In this document: one piece after another, positions 1-9,095 of the stretch
Numbering within the stretch: the first letter of the stretch is position 1
How the letters are laid out: every line of letters begins with the position of its first letter
Source of the DNA: a virus
DNA length: 64,000 nucleotides
IMG/VR virus record: IMGVR_UViG_3300032020_000002
Strand: one strand, 5' to 3'
The notes under the pieces: model-generated
Databases searched by the model: none
Seen by the model: only the letters and a program-made list of their open reading frames with translations
What the model was told of the DNA's origin: nothing
Translations under genes and position numbers: made by a program

Positions 1-54
1 CCTCCTCCTTGTTCCTTTAAACCTATTTAAGTATTTTTATATGTTTCTTATTGA

Positions 55-117
55 CTACACAACTCAACACAACACAACTCAACTCGCAACTCATAGCTCA
101 TAGTTCAATTTACGCAG
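55..117. repeat. CAACA/CAACT pentamer microsatellite block ending CATAGTTCAAT; direct-repeat copy 1
   Basis: Read directly; near-duplicate at 725-794. Confidence 0.7.
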
Positions 118-454
118 TTTCTATGTATGTTACATGGTGGGAAGAACATTTTTAAAAATTAAATTTTTGGTCAGTTTTCCCTACTATATAATAATAAAAA
201 TAAAAAATAATATAGTTAAAACTAAAAAAGCGACAATTACTCCACCTTTCCAGTCGCATTTCATGTTTATTTATCGCACTACTTTGCAACATTCATCAAA
301 GGTTTCTTTGACTTGTCATCAAGGGCAATCAGTTGACCTTACTCAACCAGAATACATGGCTTGGTAGTCAACCCCACCCTTTCACACATTTCAAATTGGG
401 ATAACTATAATTATGTTTTCTGTATTTAAATAGCTTGGTAATGCAATTTATATT

Positions 455-616
455 ATGGCTCTTAACTTTTTGTGCGTGTCCTGTGGCGAACCTCTTTCTG
501 ACGAAGATTTAAGGAAAAATCATAACAAGTGTGAAATTTGCAGGGAGAAAAAAATCACTTCGGGGGAGATGGAAGACATACAACGCTGGAAAGAAAGGGA
601 AGATGCAGGATGGTAG
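455..616 (+). CDS. small zinc-ribbon protein (CxxC...CxxC)
   Basis: ATG 455, stop 614-616; CVSCGE...CEICREKK motif. Confidence 0.45.
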   Translation: MALNFLCVSCGEPLSDEDLRKNHNKCEICREKKITSGEMEDIQRWKEREDAGW

Positions 617-724
617 TAATCATATGACAATAAAAGTTATAGTATCGCTGGCGGTGAGTCTGTTATTTGAGGTGAATAATAATCATATGATATATATCAG
701 TTAACTGTTGGACTTGTAAATTTA

Positions 725-794
725 ACACAACTCAACACAACACAACACAACTCAACTCAACACAACACAACACAACATAACACATAGTTCAATA
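725..794. repeat. CAACA/CAACT pentamer microsatellite block ending CATAGTTCAAT; direct-repeat copy 2
   Basis: Same composition and same 3' end as 55-117. Confidence 0.7.
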
Positions 795-816
795 TAATAA
801 ATATTTTTAAACAATA

Positions 817-834
817 GAAACCTTTATAAATCTT
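817..834 (+). promoter_or_regulatory. archaeal-type BRE/TATA promoter (AACCTTTATAAATCTT) ~25 bp upstream of ATG 853
   Basis: Motif recurs at 20753 and 22144 at the same distance from ATGs; implies leaderless mRNA. Confidence 0.55.
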
Positions 835-852
835 CGGTCACTTACTTTAGTA

Positions 853-1092
853 ATGGATGAAACTTCTAATTTAACCGAGGTCAAAGACCTTATTGTTACA
901 CAGCTTAAGGCAAACAGGGGGAGAAGATTTTCCGTTCTTGAACTGTATCGAATTTTGAAGGAAAAATACAACATCCAAACAACATATCAATCCCTTTTGA
1001 AATATGTTGAAATTATGGCTGTCTATGGCGACCTCAGATGCGAGGACTACCAGTCTGTAAAACTTATATGGATAGAAGAGGAAACAAAATGA
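853..1092 (+). CDS. small winged-helix-like DNA-binding protein
   Basis: ORF directly after promoter motif; basic helix-turn-helix-like segment. Confidence 0.5.
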   Translation: MDETSNLTEVKDLIVTQLKANRGRRFSVLELYRILKEKYNIQTTYQSLLKYVEIMAVYGDLRCEDYQSVKLIWIEEETK

Positions 1093-1505
1093 CAATAAAA
1101 CCTGAAATCCAAAAAATAATGGAAGAAGAGGAAAAGAGATACGAAGAAAAAACAAAAAGTGAATTAATTCAAAATTGGCACAATAAATTGTTTATAAATG
1201 GAGAAATAAAGAGGGCAATTTGGGCGATTGCATCAAAAGTAAAAAAGGAGAAAGGATTGTTTAAAGCCAATAACCTCATTGAAGCCATGCCTTCTCTAAA
1301 GAGATATGAGGCATATAACATTTTGGAAGACCTCGCTATTCATAGAATTCTTAAAAAAGAAAAACTTCACAGAAGGGAACTTCATTATCATGTGAACATT
1401 AATGAAGGCAAGGATATGCTCGAACTGGCTTTGGAAGAAATGACCAAAGATTTACTTCCAAAAGTTGTTACTGATAAAAAGCAAAAAGGAGCAGATAAAG
1501 TATGA
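1089..1505 (+). CDS. hypothetical protein
   Basis: ATGA overlap with upstream stop; start trimmed from track ORF 1038. Confidence 0.55.
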   Translation: MTIKPEIQKIMEEEEKRYEEKTKSELIQNWHNKLFINGEIKRAIWAIASKVKKEKGLFKANNLIEAMPSLKRYEAYNILEDLAIHRILKKEKLHRRELHYHVNINEGKDMLELALEEMTKDLLPKVVTDKKQKGADKV

Positions 1506-1696
1506 AAACATCAGCGAAAATAACTCAAGAACAGCTTGAAACACTGTGCTGGGCATTCCACAAATGGTGGCGTTCCGCAGATGCCAAAAACGACATAGCG
1601 ATGATAAAAGCTATAGATGGAACTGATGATAAAGAATATGGACAGGCAATGCAAGATTCTCTTGAAGAAATAGGGATAAAAGTTGTCAAGGGATGA
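1502..1696 (+). CDS. hypothetical small protein
   Basis: ATGA overlap chain. Confidence 0.5.
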   Translation: MKTSAKITQEQLETLCWAFHKWWRSADAKNDIAMIKAIDGTDDKEYGQAMQDSLEEIGIKVVKG

Positions 1697-1907
1697 AAAC
1701 ATGGAAATAAAACCTTTGGGCGATAATGCCTTTTCAGCAGATAAGGATAAGCTGGAAGTTGAAGCGATGGCATTGGAAATCAGTGATTTGGCTTTCATTT
1801 CGGGCTTTATCCACAAGAAACTTAATGAAACCGATAGGTATGAAGCAATGCTTGAAAAGTGCATCAATCAGCGATTTGACAAAATAAGGGATATTTTGAA
1901 ACTTTAA
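1683..1907 (+). CDS. hypothetical small protein
   Basis: co-directional ORF; alternative ATG at 1701. Confidence 0.45.
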   Translation: MSRDENMEIKPLGDNAFSADKDKLEVEAMALEISDLAFISGFIHKKLNETDRYEAMLEKCINQRFDKIRDILKL

Positions 1908-1910
1908 CAG

Positions 1911-2255
1911 GTGAAACAAGTGCAACTACTCGATTCAGACAGATACCCGACACAATATGCTCTGCAATTAATCAGGGATTGGGACTGCCAAAAGGATTTG
2001 CGGGGGCTTGTGGAGTTGCTTCGGGAGATATGGAATTTTGATGACTACATGATACTGAAAACTGGAAAAAACCACTTGGGGGAAAAGGTAAATATTTTGG
2101 AATTACATTGTGGCGGGTGGAGTGGTAACGAGGACATAATAGGGGCATTGGAAAAGAACGAAATGTTTTTCATGCTTTACTGGCAGAAAACCGAAAGGGG
2201 TGGGCATTATTATTTTGAGTTGCCATTTAAGGAGAAGATAAAATGTTCCAAGTAA
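1911..2255 (+). CDS. hypothetical protein
   Basis: ORF track; co-directional. Confidence 0.5.
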   Translation: MKQVQLLDSDRYPTQYALQLIRDWDCQKDLRGLVELLREIWNFDDYMILKTGKNHLGEKVNILELHCGGWSGNEDIIGALEKNEMFFMLYWQKTERGGHYYFELPFKEKIKCSK

Positions 2256-3037
2256 AAATGAAAGATGGTAGCATTTACGCCATGAGCAAAATGTGGGAGA
2301 AGGCACTTGAAATGAAATATCCCAGAAAGGAATGGAATAAAGTAAAGCAGTCTTTCATCGAAGAGACCGAAACCCATTGGAATGCAAAGACAGTCCCGAC
2401 AAAGTTCGGTGTGGAAAGCTGGGAAAGCAATGTCAGTGATGATTTATGGTTTAAGCAATACAGGAAGGCAGAAAAGTTTGAACACGAAGAAACCAAAAAA
2501 ATGCTCAACAGGAAATTCGGCAAAATGTTCGGCATGAAAGTAGAAGGATTGAGTTGCACCTGCCCCAAAGGAACAGCCTGCGAACACGCAAAGGAACAAT
2601 TATTCAAAGGGGAAAGGTTGATAAAAACCATAAGCAAGGGCGTTCATCTCATCAAAGAAGAATACAACAAAAAAGTTTACATAGTTCACGAACATGGCGA
2701 CACAATTGACAAGGAATGCGAAAAAATAAGGGACAAATGGAGAAAAATAGTCAGAAAAGCAACAGAGAAAGAAGTTAAAAAACTGGCAAAAGAGGGCAAG
2801 ATAAGTTATCAAAACCAAGCAGAACTCGGTCACGATGTCATGTATTCAGTATTAAGAGTTCCCATTATGTCGCTGGCTTTGGAAATGATGAACAAGGAGG
2901 AAAAGACCAAAAACAAAATGAAAATCATCGGTCTTGATGACGAAGGCGGAGCTTCCGTTTATGAAGGAAAAAAGGTCAAAAAGGTCAAAGATGTCCAAAA
3001 ATATTTGACAGGCGAGGCAAAACATGACGGAGATTGA
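2243..3037 (+). CDS. hypothetical protein (K/E-rich, CTCPKGTACEH motif)
   Basis: ORF track 264 aa. Confidence 0.55.
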   Translation: MFQVKMKDGSIYAMSKMWEKALEMKYPRKEWNKVKQSFIEETETHWNAKTVPTKFGVESWESNVSDDLWFKQYRKAEKFEHEETKKMLNRKFGKMFGMKVEGLSCTCPKGTACEHAKEQLFKGERLIKTISKGVHLIKEEYNKKVYIVHEHGDTIDKECEKIRDKWRKIVRKATEKEVKKLAKEGKISYQNQAELGHDVMYSVLRVPIMSLALEMMNKEEKTKNKMKIIGLDDEGGASVYEGKKVKKVKDVQKYLTGEAKHDGD

Positions 3038-3197
3038 TATAAAGCTAATGGAGAAGATTAAGCTCCTTGAAAGCGAGGACTGGGAGATAGAAAAAGTCAT
3101 AGCGGGAGAAAGGTATATGGGGACAAGGGGAGACTACCGTGCAGAAATGGAAATACGCCTTTTGCATAAACCAGAGAAGATAAAGGAGGTGAAGTAA
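3024..3197 (+). CDS. small protein ending ...EKIKEVK
   Basis: ATG 3024, stop 3195-3197 computed by hand; GGAGGTGAAGTAAGATG junction. Confidence 0.45.
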   Translation: MTEIDIKLMEKIKLLESEDWEIEKVIAGERYMGTRGDYRAEMEIRLLHKPEKIKEVK

Positions 3198-3198
3198 G

Positions 3199-3444
3199 AT
3201 GTTGGAATTAAAGAAGTTGTCGTTGACGGCGGTTGAGTTTGCAGTTGGTGACTTGGTGGTAACGAAAATGGGGGATAACGCATATTTCATCCAGAAAATC
3301 ACGAAAACGCTGTTGCATAAGCATTGTGTGTTTCATACCGTATATTTGTTTGGATGTCAGAATGATGTTAAGTTTTACGAACATGAAATTCATGGAAGAA
3401 GAACCGTTTACAGGTTTAGCCGTTGTGAAAAGGAGAAGCAATGA
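3199..3444 (+). CDS. hypothetical small protein
   Basis: ORF track; SD GGAGGTGA upstream. Confidence 0.5.
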   Translation: MLELKKLSLTAVEFAVGDLVVTKMGDNAYFIQKITKTLLHKHCVFHTVYLFGCQNDVKFYEHEIHGRRTVYRFSRCEKEKQ

Positions 3445-3584
3445 ACAAATGCAAAATATGTGGGCAGGAGATAATATCAGAAGGCATTTGCTGTGAATGT
3501 AGCAACAAAGCCTATGATTTGGGCATTCAGGAACTTTTCAGAGAAAAAGAATACAGAGATAGGATTATTAAGGGGAAAGTATGA
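3441..3584 (+). CDS. small zinc-ribbon protein (CKICGQ...CCECS)
   Basis: hand-translated; ATGA overlaps. Confidence 0.45.
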   Translation: MNKCKICGQEIISEGICCECSNKAYDLGIQELFREKEYRDRIIKGKV

Positions 3585-3742
3585 CGACAGACGCAGAGAT
3601 AAGGTTAAAAATGAAAATGTGGGATGGCGAAGAATGCCCTTACTGCGGTTCAAGAGTTATCTATCTTTGCCCTGTTCATGGTTGGTCTTGCAGACTTTGT
3701 GGCAAAATGGAGAAGGCGAAGGTATGTTAAGAGTAGTAAAGC
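3581..3742 (+). CDS. small zinc-ribbon protein (CPYCGS...CRLCGK)
   Basis: hand-translated 53 aa. Confidence 0.45.
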
Positions 3743-3915
3743 CAAAACAAAAGACGCATAGTGGTCGTTCTTTTGGCGAATGCAAGGTATGTGGAAACCA
3801 ATTCAAATTAAAGCGTAAGACAAAGCACAGCCATTTGAAGATTTTATCTGGTGTAATATGTTCCAAGTGCGGGAAGCCAAATCCATCCACCCAGAAGAAG
3901 GAGGAGAAGGTATGA
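3736..3915 (+). CDS. small zinc-ribbon protein (CKVCGN...CSKCGK)
   Basis: C-terminal half of track ORF 3493..3915 from internal ATG. Confidence 0.4.
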   Translation, partial: VKPKQKTHSGRSFGECKVCGNQFKLKRKTKHSHLKILSGVICSKCGKPNPSTQKKEEKV

Positions 3916-4034
3916 AATGCAAGAAATGTCGGACAGATATGCTGATGATTATCGAAGGAAGCGTGATACTTGGAACTGGCGACATAACAACATATTATGT
4001 CTGTCCCAAATGCGGAGAGGAGTGGAAGCCATGA
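3912..4034 (+). CDS. small zinc-ribbon protein (CKKCRT...CPKCGE)
   Basis: hand-translated 40 aa; TGA overlaps ATG 4031. Confidence 0.45.
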   Translation: MKCKKCRTDMLMIIEGSVILGTGDITTYYVCPKCGEEWKP

Positions 4035-4711
4035 ACGACCAACAGATAAGTTATTTGAAAAAGAGATTAGCTATGCTTGAAAAGTCTCTTAAGGAAAGGG
4101 AAGATGCAATTCAAAAAGCCCGCCAAGACGAAAGGGAGAAGTCAAAGAAACAACTTGATGTTGCTCATACGCTACTCGGAAAGGAAACCCTTATAAATAG
4201 AGAATTGGAAGCCGAGGTAAAATCACTCAATAAAGACTATCATTATTTACAGAATAAATGTGAAAGCCAAAGAGCCGAGAACGCAGACCTGAAAAAACAG
4301 TTGGAATATTCAAACAAGTGCTTCCAAAATACGGAGAAGGAACTGGATAAAATCAAGTCCATAATGCAGAAATCTGACAAGTTCCGTGCTTCAATGGTAG
4401 AGGAGAATATAAAACTCAAGGAACTTCTGCGAAAACAGCAGATTCTTACTGTCGAGGCTGTAGATGTGGCAAAAGAACTCGAAGCGAGATGGGGGAAGCT
4501 GGAACTTAAATTCAAATCAGAGAGTTATTATAATGGAGATAGGGTTTTGGCTATAATCAAAGAACTCTCCCCCGATGGCGAAGTCCCTAAAGGTTCACTG
4601 GAAATACTTTCTGTAAAAGAAATAAAGGATGCGAAAGACTTCGGAGATGAATTGTGGAAAAAGCCAAAGTCGAGGAATTTCAATTGGGAAGAACGGAAGG
4701 AGAAAGCATGA
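4031..4711 (+). CDS. coiled-coil protein
   Basis: heptad-like K/E/L-rich sequence; start from internal ATG of track ORF 3917. Confidence 0.5.
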   Translation: MNDQQISYLKKRLAMLEKSLKEREDAIQKARQDEREKSKKQLDVAHTLLGKETLINRELEAEVKSLNKDYHYLQNKCESQRAENADLKKQLEYSNKCFQNTEKELDKIKSIMQKSDKFRASMVEENIKLKELLRKQQILTVEAVDVAKELEARWGKLELKFKSESYYNGDRVLAIIKELSPDGEVPKGSLEILSVKEIKDAKDFGDELWKKPKSRNFNWEERKEKA

Positions 4712-4968
4712 TAATTGACAAAATCATCGAAAAGAAAGACCTGCTTGCCTATATCAACTTCAGGAAGAAGGTTCTCGGAATGGAACAATACCTGATACCA
4801 TTCCAACTCAAGCCGAAGGACAGGGAGGGGGCTATAAGGCAGGTCAAGGGAAGGGTGAAGGAACTCCGCATGATGTCAGAAGTCATACATGGTGATGTCA
4901 AAGCACACAGCAAGGAAATGTGCAGGAGATTTTATGAATTGAAAAAAAAGTCGGAGGTGAAAGTATGA
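4708..4968 (+). CDS. hypothetical small protein
   Basis: ATGA overlap. Confidence 0.5.
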   Translation: MIIDKIIEKKDLLAYINFRKKVLGMEQYLIPFQLKPKDREGAIRQVKGRVKELRMMSEVIHGDVKAHSKEMCRRFYELKKKSEVKV

Positions 4969-5255
4969 TAATTGACAAACTTTTCGACAGGGAAGGCATT
5001 ATTGACATAGTTATCAAATGCCTAAAAGCCAAAACAAAGGGGGAAAGCCTCGATATTATGAAGGAAGAGACAAAAAAATTCACAGAAAGCGAAAAAATAG
5101 AAATGGCTTATATTATTGGCGTTATACACGGGGCAGACGAGGGGGTATATAACAGAAAAGAAAGCGAAGAATTCCTGAAAAACTTGAACCTTCGCATGAA
5201 GTTGGGTGAATTAAAGGAAAGTATGAATGAAAAAAACAAATGCTGTGGAGGGTGA
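4965..5255 (+). CDS. hypothetical small protein
   Basis: ATGA overlap. Confidence 0.5.
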   Translation: MIIDKLFDREGIIDIVIKCLKAKTKGESLDIMKEETKKFTESEKIEMAYIIGVIHGADEGVYNRKESEEFLKNLNLRMKLGELKESMNEKNKCCGG

Positions 5256-5261
5256 AACAAC

Positions 5262-5360
5262 ATGAAAAAAAGAAAAACAGAAGAACGGGAAATTGTAAGG
5301 TGTGGCTTTTGCGGAACTGAACATTATATAGAGGATGATTGTCCGAGTTGCGGGTGGTAA
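5262..5360 (+). CDS. tiny zinc-ribbon protein (CGFCGT...CPSCG)
   Basis: hand-translated 32 aa. Confidence 0.35.
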   Translation: MKKRKTEEREIVRCGFCGTEHYIEDDCPSCGW

Positions 5361-5361
5361 A

Positions 5362-5577
5362 ATGAAAAAAATAAATCCCAATTGCGATTATATTGTCGCT
5401 TCCAGAGAGAATTACGGCAAATGTTTAAAGAGGAAGTGCATCTACTGTAAAAACCCAGTCTATCCTATGGATAAAACAGTTGTGTATGCAAAGAAAACAC
5501 TAAAAAATCCAAGAAGAAAAAGTTTATATGCTTTGAGTGCTTCACGCAACGCTATGACGAAAAGAAACACAAATTAA
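5362..5577 (+). CDS. small Cys-containing protein
   Basis: ATG within track ORF 5335. Confidence 0.4.
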   Translation: MKKINPNCDYIVASRENYGKCLKRKCIYCKNPVYPMDKTVVYAKKTLKNPRRKSLYALSASRNAMTKRNTN

Positions 5578-5696
5578 TGATAACACCAGAAACAGTTAAA
5601 ATGTTCGGCATATCAAAAAGCGAAATCAGGAAATTCACAAAAATATTGGTCGAAGCTGAAAAAGAAGAAAAAAAGATAATAGCAATAGCGGGATGA
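5577..5696 (+). CDS. tiny hypothetical protein
   Basis: hand-translated 39 aa. Confidence 0.3.
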   Translation: MITPETVKMFGISKSEIRKFTKILVEAEKEEKKIIAIAG

Positions 5697-5741
5697 TTAT
5701 TATCAAGGTGAGCGAGAAAACCCACAGCCTTTAGGCGTGGG

Positions 5742-6872
5742 ATGAGAGCGAACAGGTGGAATATGCAAAGAGCAATAAGATTGAAGATAGAAAATCAGGA
5801 TGTGAAGGATACGGTTGAGCAGTATTTCAAAGCATACTGCTTCTGCATAGACAAAGGAACGGAGATGCACACAGCGAACAAGAAGAAAATCCATAATGCA
5901 ACATATTTCCCGTTACGCAAGATATATCCAACCATTCCATCAGCACTCTTGCAGACCATCCGAGATGTGGCTTGCGAAAACCTCAAGGCTGTCAAACTCA
6001 AGGTTAAGCCAATTCCGAAGAACAAATTCATTCGCTATGACAGACGGACATTCTCATATAAGAACGGCATAGTGAGTCTCTCCACGATAAATGGAAGACG
6101 GAAATTCCAGATAAGTCTTCCTAAGTTCGCAGAGAGATACAACTCATGGGACAGCAAAGCGGGAACAGTCACTTTGCGAGATGGTCAGTTGTGGCTGAAT
6201 ATAATCTTCAACAAGGAAAACCAAATCAAAAGTCCAGATACATTCATAGGCATAGACAGAGGGATAAACAAGATAGCAGTCTGCTCTGATAACTCGTTCT
6301 ACAACTCGAAACAACTGAAGTCGGTCAAGGGAAGATACCAATTCCTCAAGGCAAAACTTCAGTCAAAAGGCACAAAATCTGCCAAGATACACCTGAAACA
6401 TTTGTCTGGCAGAGAGAGACGGTTCGTTAGGGATGTGAACCATGTAATCAGCAAGCAGATAGTGAAGAAGCCATATGACTGCTTCGTTCTGGAAGACCTG
6501 AAGAATATACCGAGGAACAAAGGCAGGCGGTTCAACAGAAAACTTGGTGGATGGTCGTATTTCCAACTCGGCAATTTCGTGGATTACAAATCCGAAGAAC
6601 TTGGAAAGACAACTATCAAAGAAAATCCAAGGCACACAAGCCAGATGTGTTCCAGATGCGGACATATAGAGAGGTTGAACAGAAAGGGCAGTCGGTTCAA
6701 ATGCAAAAAGTGTGGCTTTGAACTGGATGCGGATTTGAACGCATCGAGGAACATCGCCAATTTGGGTATATCCCGATTTGGCAGGCTGAATGTCATCCAG
6801 CCAATCGTGTCGGTTAACCAAAATGAATACAAGCCAGATGCAAGCCCACACTCTTCAGAGGTGGGTAGATGA
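5742..6872 (+). CDS. tnpB: TnpB (OrfB) RuvC-like RNA-guided nuclease with C-terminal zinc finger
   Basis: RuvC-I GIDRGINK, RuvC-II VLEDL, zinc finger CSRCGH...CKKCGF, RuvC-III DADLNASRNIA. Confidence 0.85.
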   Translation: MRANRWNMQRAIRLKIENQDVKDTVEQYFKAYCFCIDKGTEMHTANKKKIHNATYFPLRKIYPTIPSALLQTIRDVACENLKAVKLKVKPIPKNKFIRYDRRTFSYKNGIVSLSTINGRRKFQISLPKFAERYNSWDSKAGTVTLRDGQLWLNIIFNKENQIKSPDTFIGIDRGINKIAVCSDNSFYNSKQLKSVKGRYQFLKAKLQSKGTKSAKIHLKHLSGRERRFVRDVNHVISKQIVKKPYDCFVLEDLKNIPRNKGRRFNRKLGGWSYFQLGNFVDYKSEELGKTTIKENPRHTSQMCSRCGHIERLNRKGSRFKCKKCGFELDADLNASRNIANLGISRFGRLNVIQPIVSVNQNEYKPDASPHSSEVGR

Positions 6873-6990
6873 CAAGTGCGGAAGATTCCCCGTAATCATT
6901 ACTGATGATGGAAATGTTGCGTGGTGTGCTTTAGGCTGTGGAAAAACACTAACCAAGGGGGCTATAATATAATCGTCATCGAGGAGAAAG
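6873..6990 (+). ncRNA. putative omega-RNA / right-end element of the TnpB element
   Basis: Position immediately 3' of tnpB plus a hairpin related to the left end; inferred from family knowledge. Confidence 0.3.
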
Positions 6991-6994
6991 AACT

Positions 6995-7450
6995 ATGAGC
7001 TATTATGTGAAGGACATAGAATTTTTGAGGAAACAGGTTCGGTTACTTGCAATAGTGACGGTTGCTTTAGCCATAGCTGTCGTCATATTATATTGCGGAG
7101 TAGTTGCCAATGTCACTGTAGTTGGCGTAACGATAGGAACGAAGTCTGGTGATTGGGAAAATGGGACATGGGATTGCGACCAGTATAAGGATACGGACAC
7201 GGTGCAGTCTTGTTTCCTCACACTCAACGAGCCGAGATATAATTGTAGCATGACCTTTTATTACAATTACAAGATTTGCGAACAAATTGGAGAGCAGTTG
7301 GTAAACAAGACCGTGAGTATTGATGAATGCAAGTATTTGGTCAACAACGAAGGGGCTGTCGTGATTCATTTCAATTATAAGCAGGAATGCGTGGAGTGGA
7401 CATGGAAGAAATACAAGAACGCAGACATTAAGGTGAAAAAATGGGGATAG
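6995..7450 (+). CDS. membrane-anchored Cys-rich protein
   Basis: N-terminal TM helix; many Cys/Trp. Confidence 0.5.
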   Translation: MSYYVKDIEFLRKQVRLLAIVTVALAIAVVILYCGVVANVTVVGVTIGTKSGDWENGTWDCDQYKDTDTVQSCFLTLNEPRYNCSMTFYYNYKICEQIGEQLVNKTVSIDECKYLVNNEGAVVIHFNYKQECVEWTWKKYKNADIKVKKWG

Positions 7451-7632
7451 GATTAACTGGTGGCGTATTCAATATCGTAGGGGCTGTGATGTGCAACCTG
7501 ACGAAAGATGAAATGGCTATCAGATTTTGGATTATTATTGTCCTTTTAGGAATAATATTCATATCAATGAGTGGAGAGAAGGAGGGAAATTGTGGCACTC
7601 AAAAGGGTAAAAGTTCGTTGTCCAGTCGTTGA
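7441..7632 (+). CDS. small membrane protein
   Basis: two hydrophobic segments. Confidence 0.4.
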   Translation: MGIGLTGGVFNIVGAVMCNLTKDEMAIRFWIIIVLLGIIFISMSGEKEGNCGTQKGKSSLSSR

Positions 7633-7734
7633 CCATGCTTATCAAGATGAAAAGGGCAAAATAATAGCTTGGATTGTCACATCTGAATCTTGGAAAAGGA
7701 GACCTTTGAAAAAGTCAGAAGGGAAGGAGATAAA

Positions 7735-7911
7735 ATGATAATTGGAATGATTTGCGAGAAATGTAAAGAAAGAATGCATCAGTTTGAAATCACAAACCTC
7801 ACTCCGAGCATATTCGATGAAATGGTGCGGGAAGTGGTGTTTGGGCATGGAAGCGACCAGAAATGCAAAAACAGGGTGAAATTATGGATAGTGGAACAAA
7901 AATGGAAATAG
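7735..7911 (+). CDS. small zinc-finger protein (CEKCKERMH)
   Basis: ATG within track ORF 7690. Confidence 0.4.
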   Translation: MIIGMICEKCKERMHQFEITNLTPSIFDEMVREVVFGHGSDQKCKNRVKLWIVEQKWK

Positions 7912-8111
7912 CAACCTGTGACAACTGCGGTCATAAACAGGATGCAAGAAAGGGTTTTGAGTGCGAGAAATGCGGAGGGCAAACATTCACGGAAAAAGAA
8001 GAGAAAGAGCTTATAGCAGAAAAGCCGTCAAAGTTTGTTCCCTTAAACAAAAACGAGGATAAATGTGGCAAGAACAGACATCTCAAACAAAGAATACATG
8101 AGGGAATATAA
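7863..8111 (+). CDS. small zinc-ribbon protein (CDNCGH...CEKCGG)
   Basis: ORF track. Confidence 0.45.
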   Translation: MQKQGEIMDSGTKMEIATCDNCGHKQDARKGFECEKCGGQTFTEKEEKELIAEKPSKFVPLNKNEDKCGKNRHLKQRIHEGI

Positions 8112-8206
8112 CTCAAAACCAGAAACAAAGTCAAAGGCAAAAGAAAAGTATGGAAAGCGTAAACAACGCAAAAAGGAAATCTGGTTAAAGGTCAGGGGAT
8201 GGTAAA

Positions 8207-8512
8207 ATGCCTGAAGAAAAGCAAAGCAATCTGATAGGTGAATACCTACCGCAATATTCAAGCTATAAGGCGATAGTAGGCAAGGTGCTGAAGGAATGCC
8301 CAGAAACAAGGGGAAATGACAGCCTGCTCATCAAAAAGGTCGTGGAACACTGCTTCAAATACGAACTCAACCCGCCAAGCTATGAGACAATAACGAGGGC
8401 GAGAAGGAAATTCAACGAGGAAGGGCGATTTTTACCAGATAACCAGACAATTGAGCAAAGGAGAAAAAAGGAGCAGTTTTTCAGGGAAGCAGGCAAAGAG
8501 GGACTACTTTAA
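8207..8512 (+). CDS. hypothetical protein
   Basis: ORF track. Confidence 0.45.
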   Translation: MPEEKQSNLIGEYLPQYSSYKAIVGKVLKECPETRGNDSLLIKKVVEHCFKYELNPPSYETITRARRKFNEEGRFLPDNQTIEQRRKKEQFFREAGKEGLL

Positions 8513-8550
8513 TAGTAAGGTATTTAAACCTTTTCACTAAAATAATAGTT

Positions 8551-8937
8551 ATGTGTCCAAAAACTGCGTGTTCAGTTGTCGGATGCCAAGAAATACACTA
8601 CTCTCATGGCTATTGCAGAAAACACTGGGCAAAAAACAAATATGATACAGACCCCGTTTTCAGGGAGGCAAGAAAGAAGTCATCAAGGAAATGTTCCAAA
8701 AAATATTACTACAAGATGCTGGAAGAAGACCCCAAATGGAATACGAAGAGACAAAAGAAATACAGGAAAATGCACAAAGACAAATTCAATTACATACAGT
8801 GCAGGTATTATTTCAGAAGACTGACTTGCGAGCAAAGGCTGAAAATGATAACCGATGTGATGAAGGAGGAACACTATGGTAAAAACATCATACCAATGCC
8901 TGCTCAAAAGCAAGCAGTTGAGCAAGAGCGAGCTTGA
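8551..8937 (+). CDS. Cys/His zinc-binding protein (CSVVGCQEIHYSHGYCRKHW; HNH-associated-like motif)
   Basis: motif resembles zinc knuckle found N-terminal in phage HNH proteins. Confidence 0.4.
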   Translation: MCPKTACSVVGCQEIHYSHGYCRKHWAKNKYDTDPVFREARKKSSRKCSKKYYYKMLEEDPKWNTKRQKKYRKMHKDKFNYIQCRYYFRRLTCEQRLKMITDVMKEEHYGKNIIPMPAQKQAVEQERA

Positions 8938-9095
8938 ACTGCACCATTGCTTCAAAAGGCAAAAGGGAAGGAACAAGGGGAGAGTCTGCAAGTATTTGGT
9001 GAACATATGATTATGAATGGAAAAAACATTGTCATCTTGGCAGTCGCAAGAAAGGTAATCTACGATATGATAAAGAAGGCGGAAAGGGGGAAAAC

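Larger units (their letters stand above)
5705..6990 (+). mobile_element. IS200/IS605-family (IS1341-like) tnpB-only insertion sequence
   Basis: TnpB ORF flanked by related hairpins: left CCCACAGCCTTTAGGCGTGGG, right GGTGTGCTTTAGGCTGTGG; no tnpA. Confidence 0.6.

Noticed and set aside
134-367. 77-aa ORF between the pentamer-repeat blocks
   Set aside because: It is low-complexity and extremely AT-rich, with no SD or promoter motif. It is likely non-coding.
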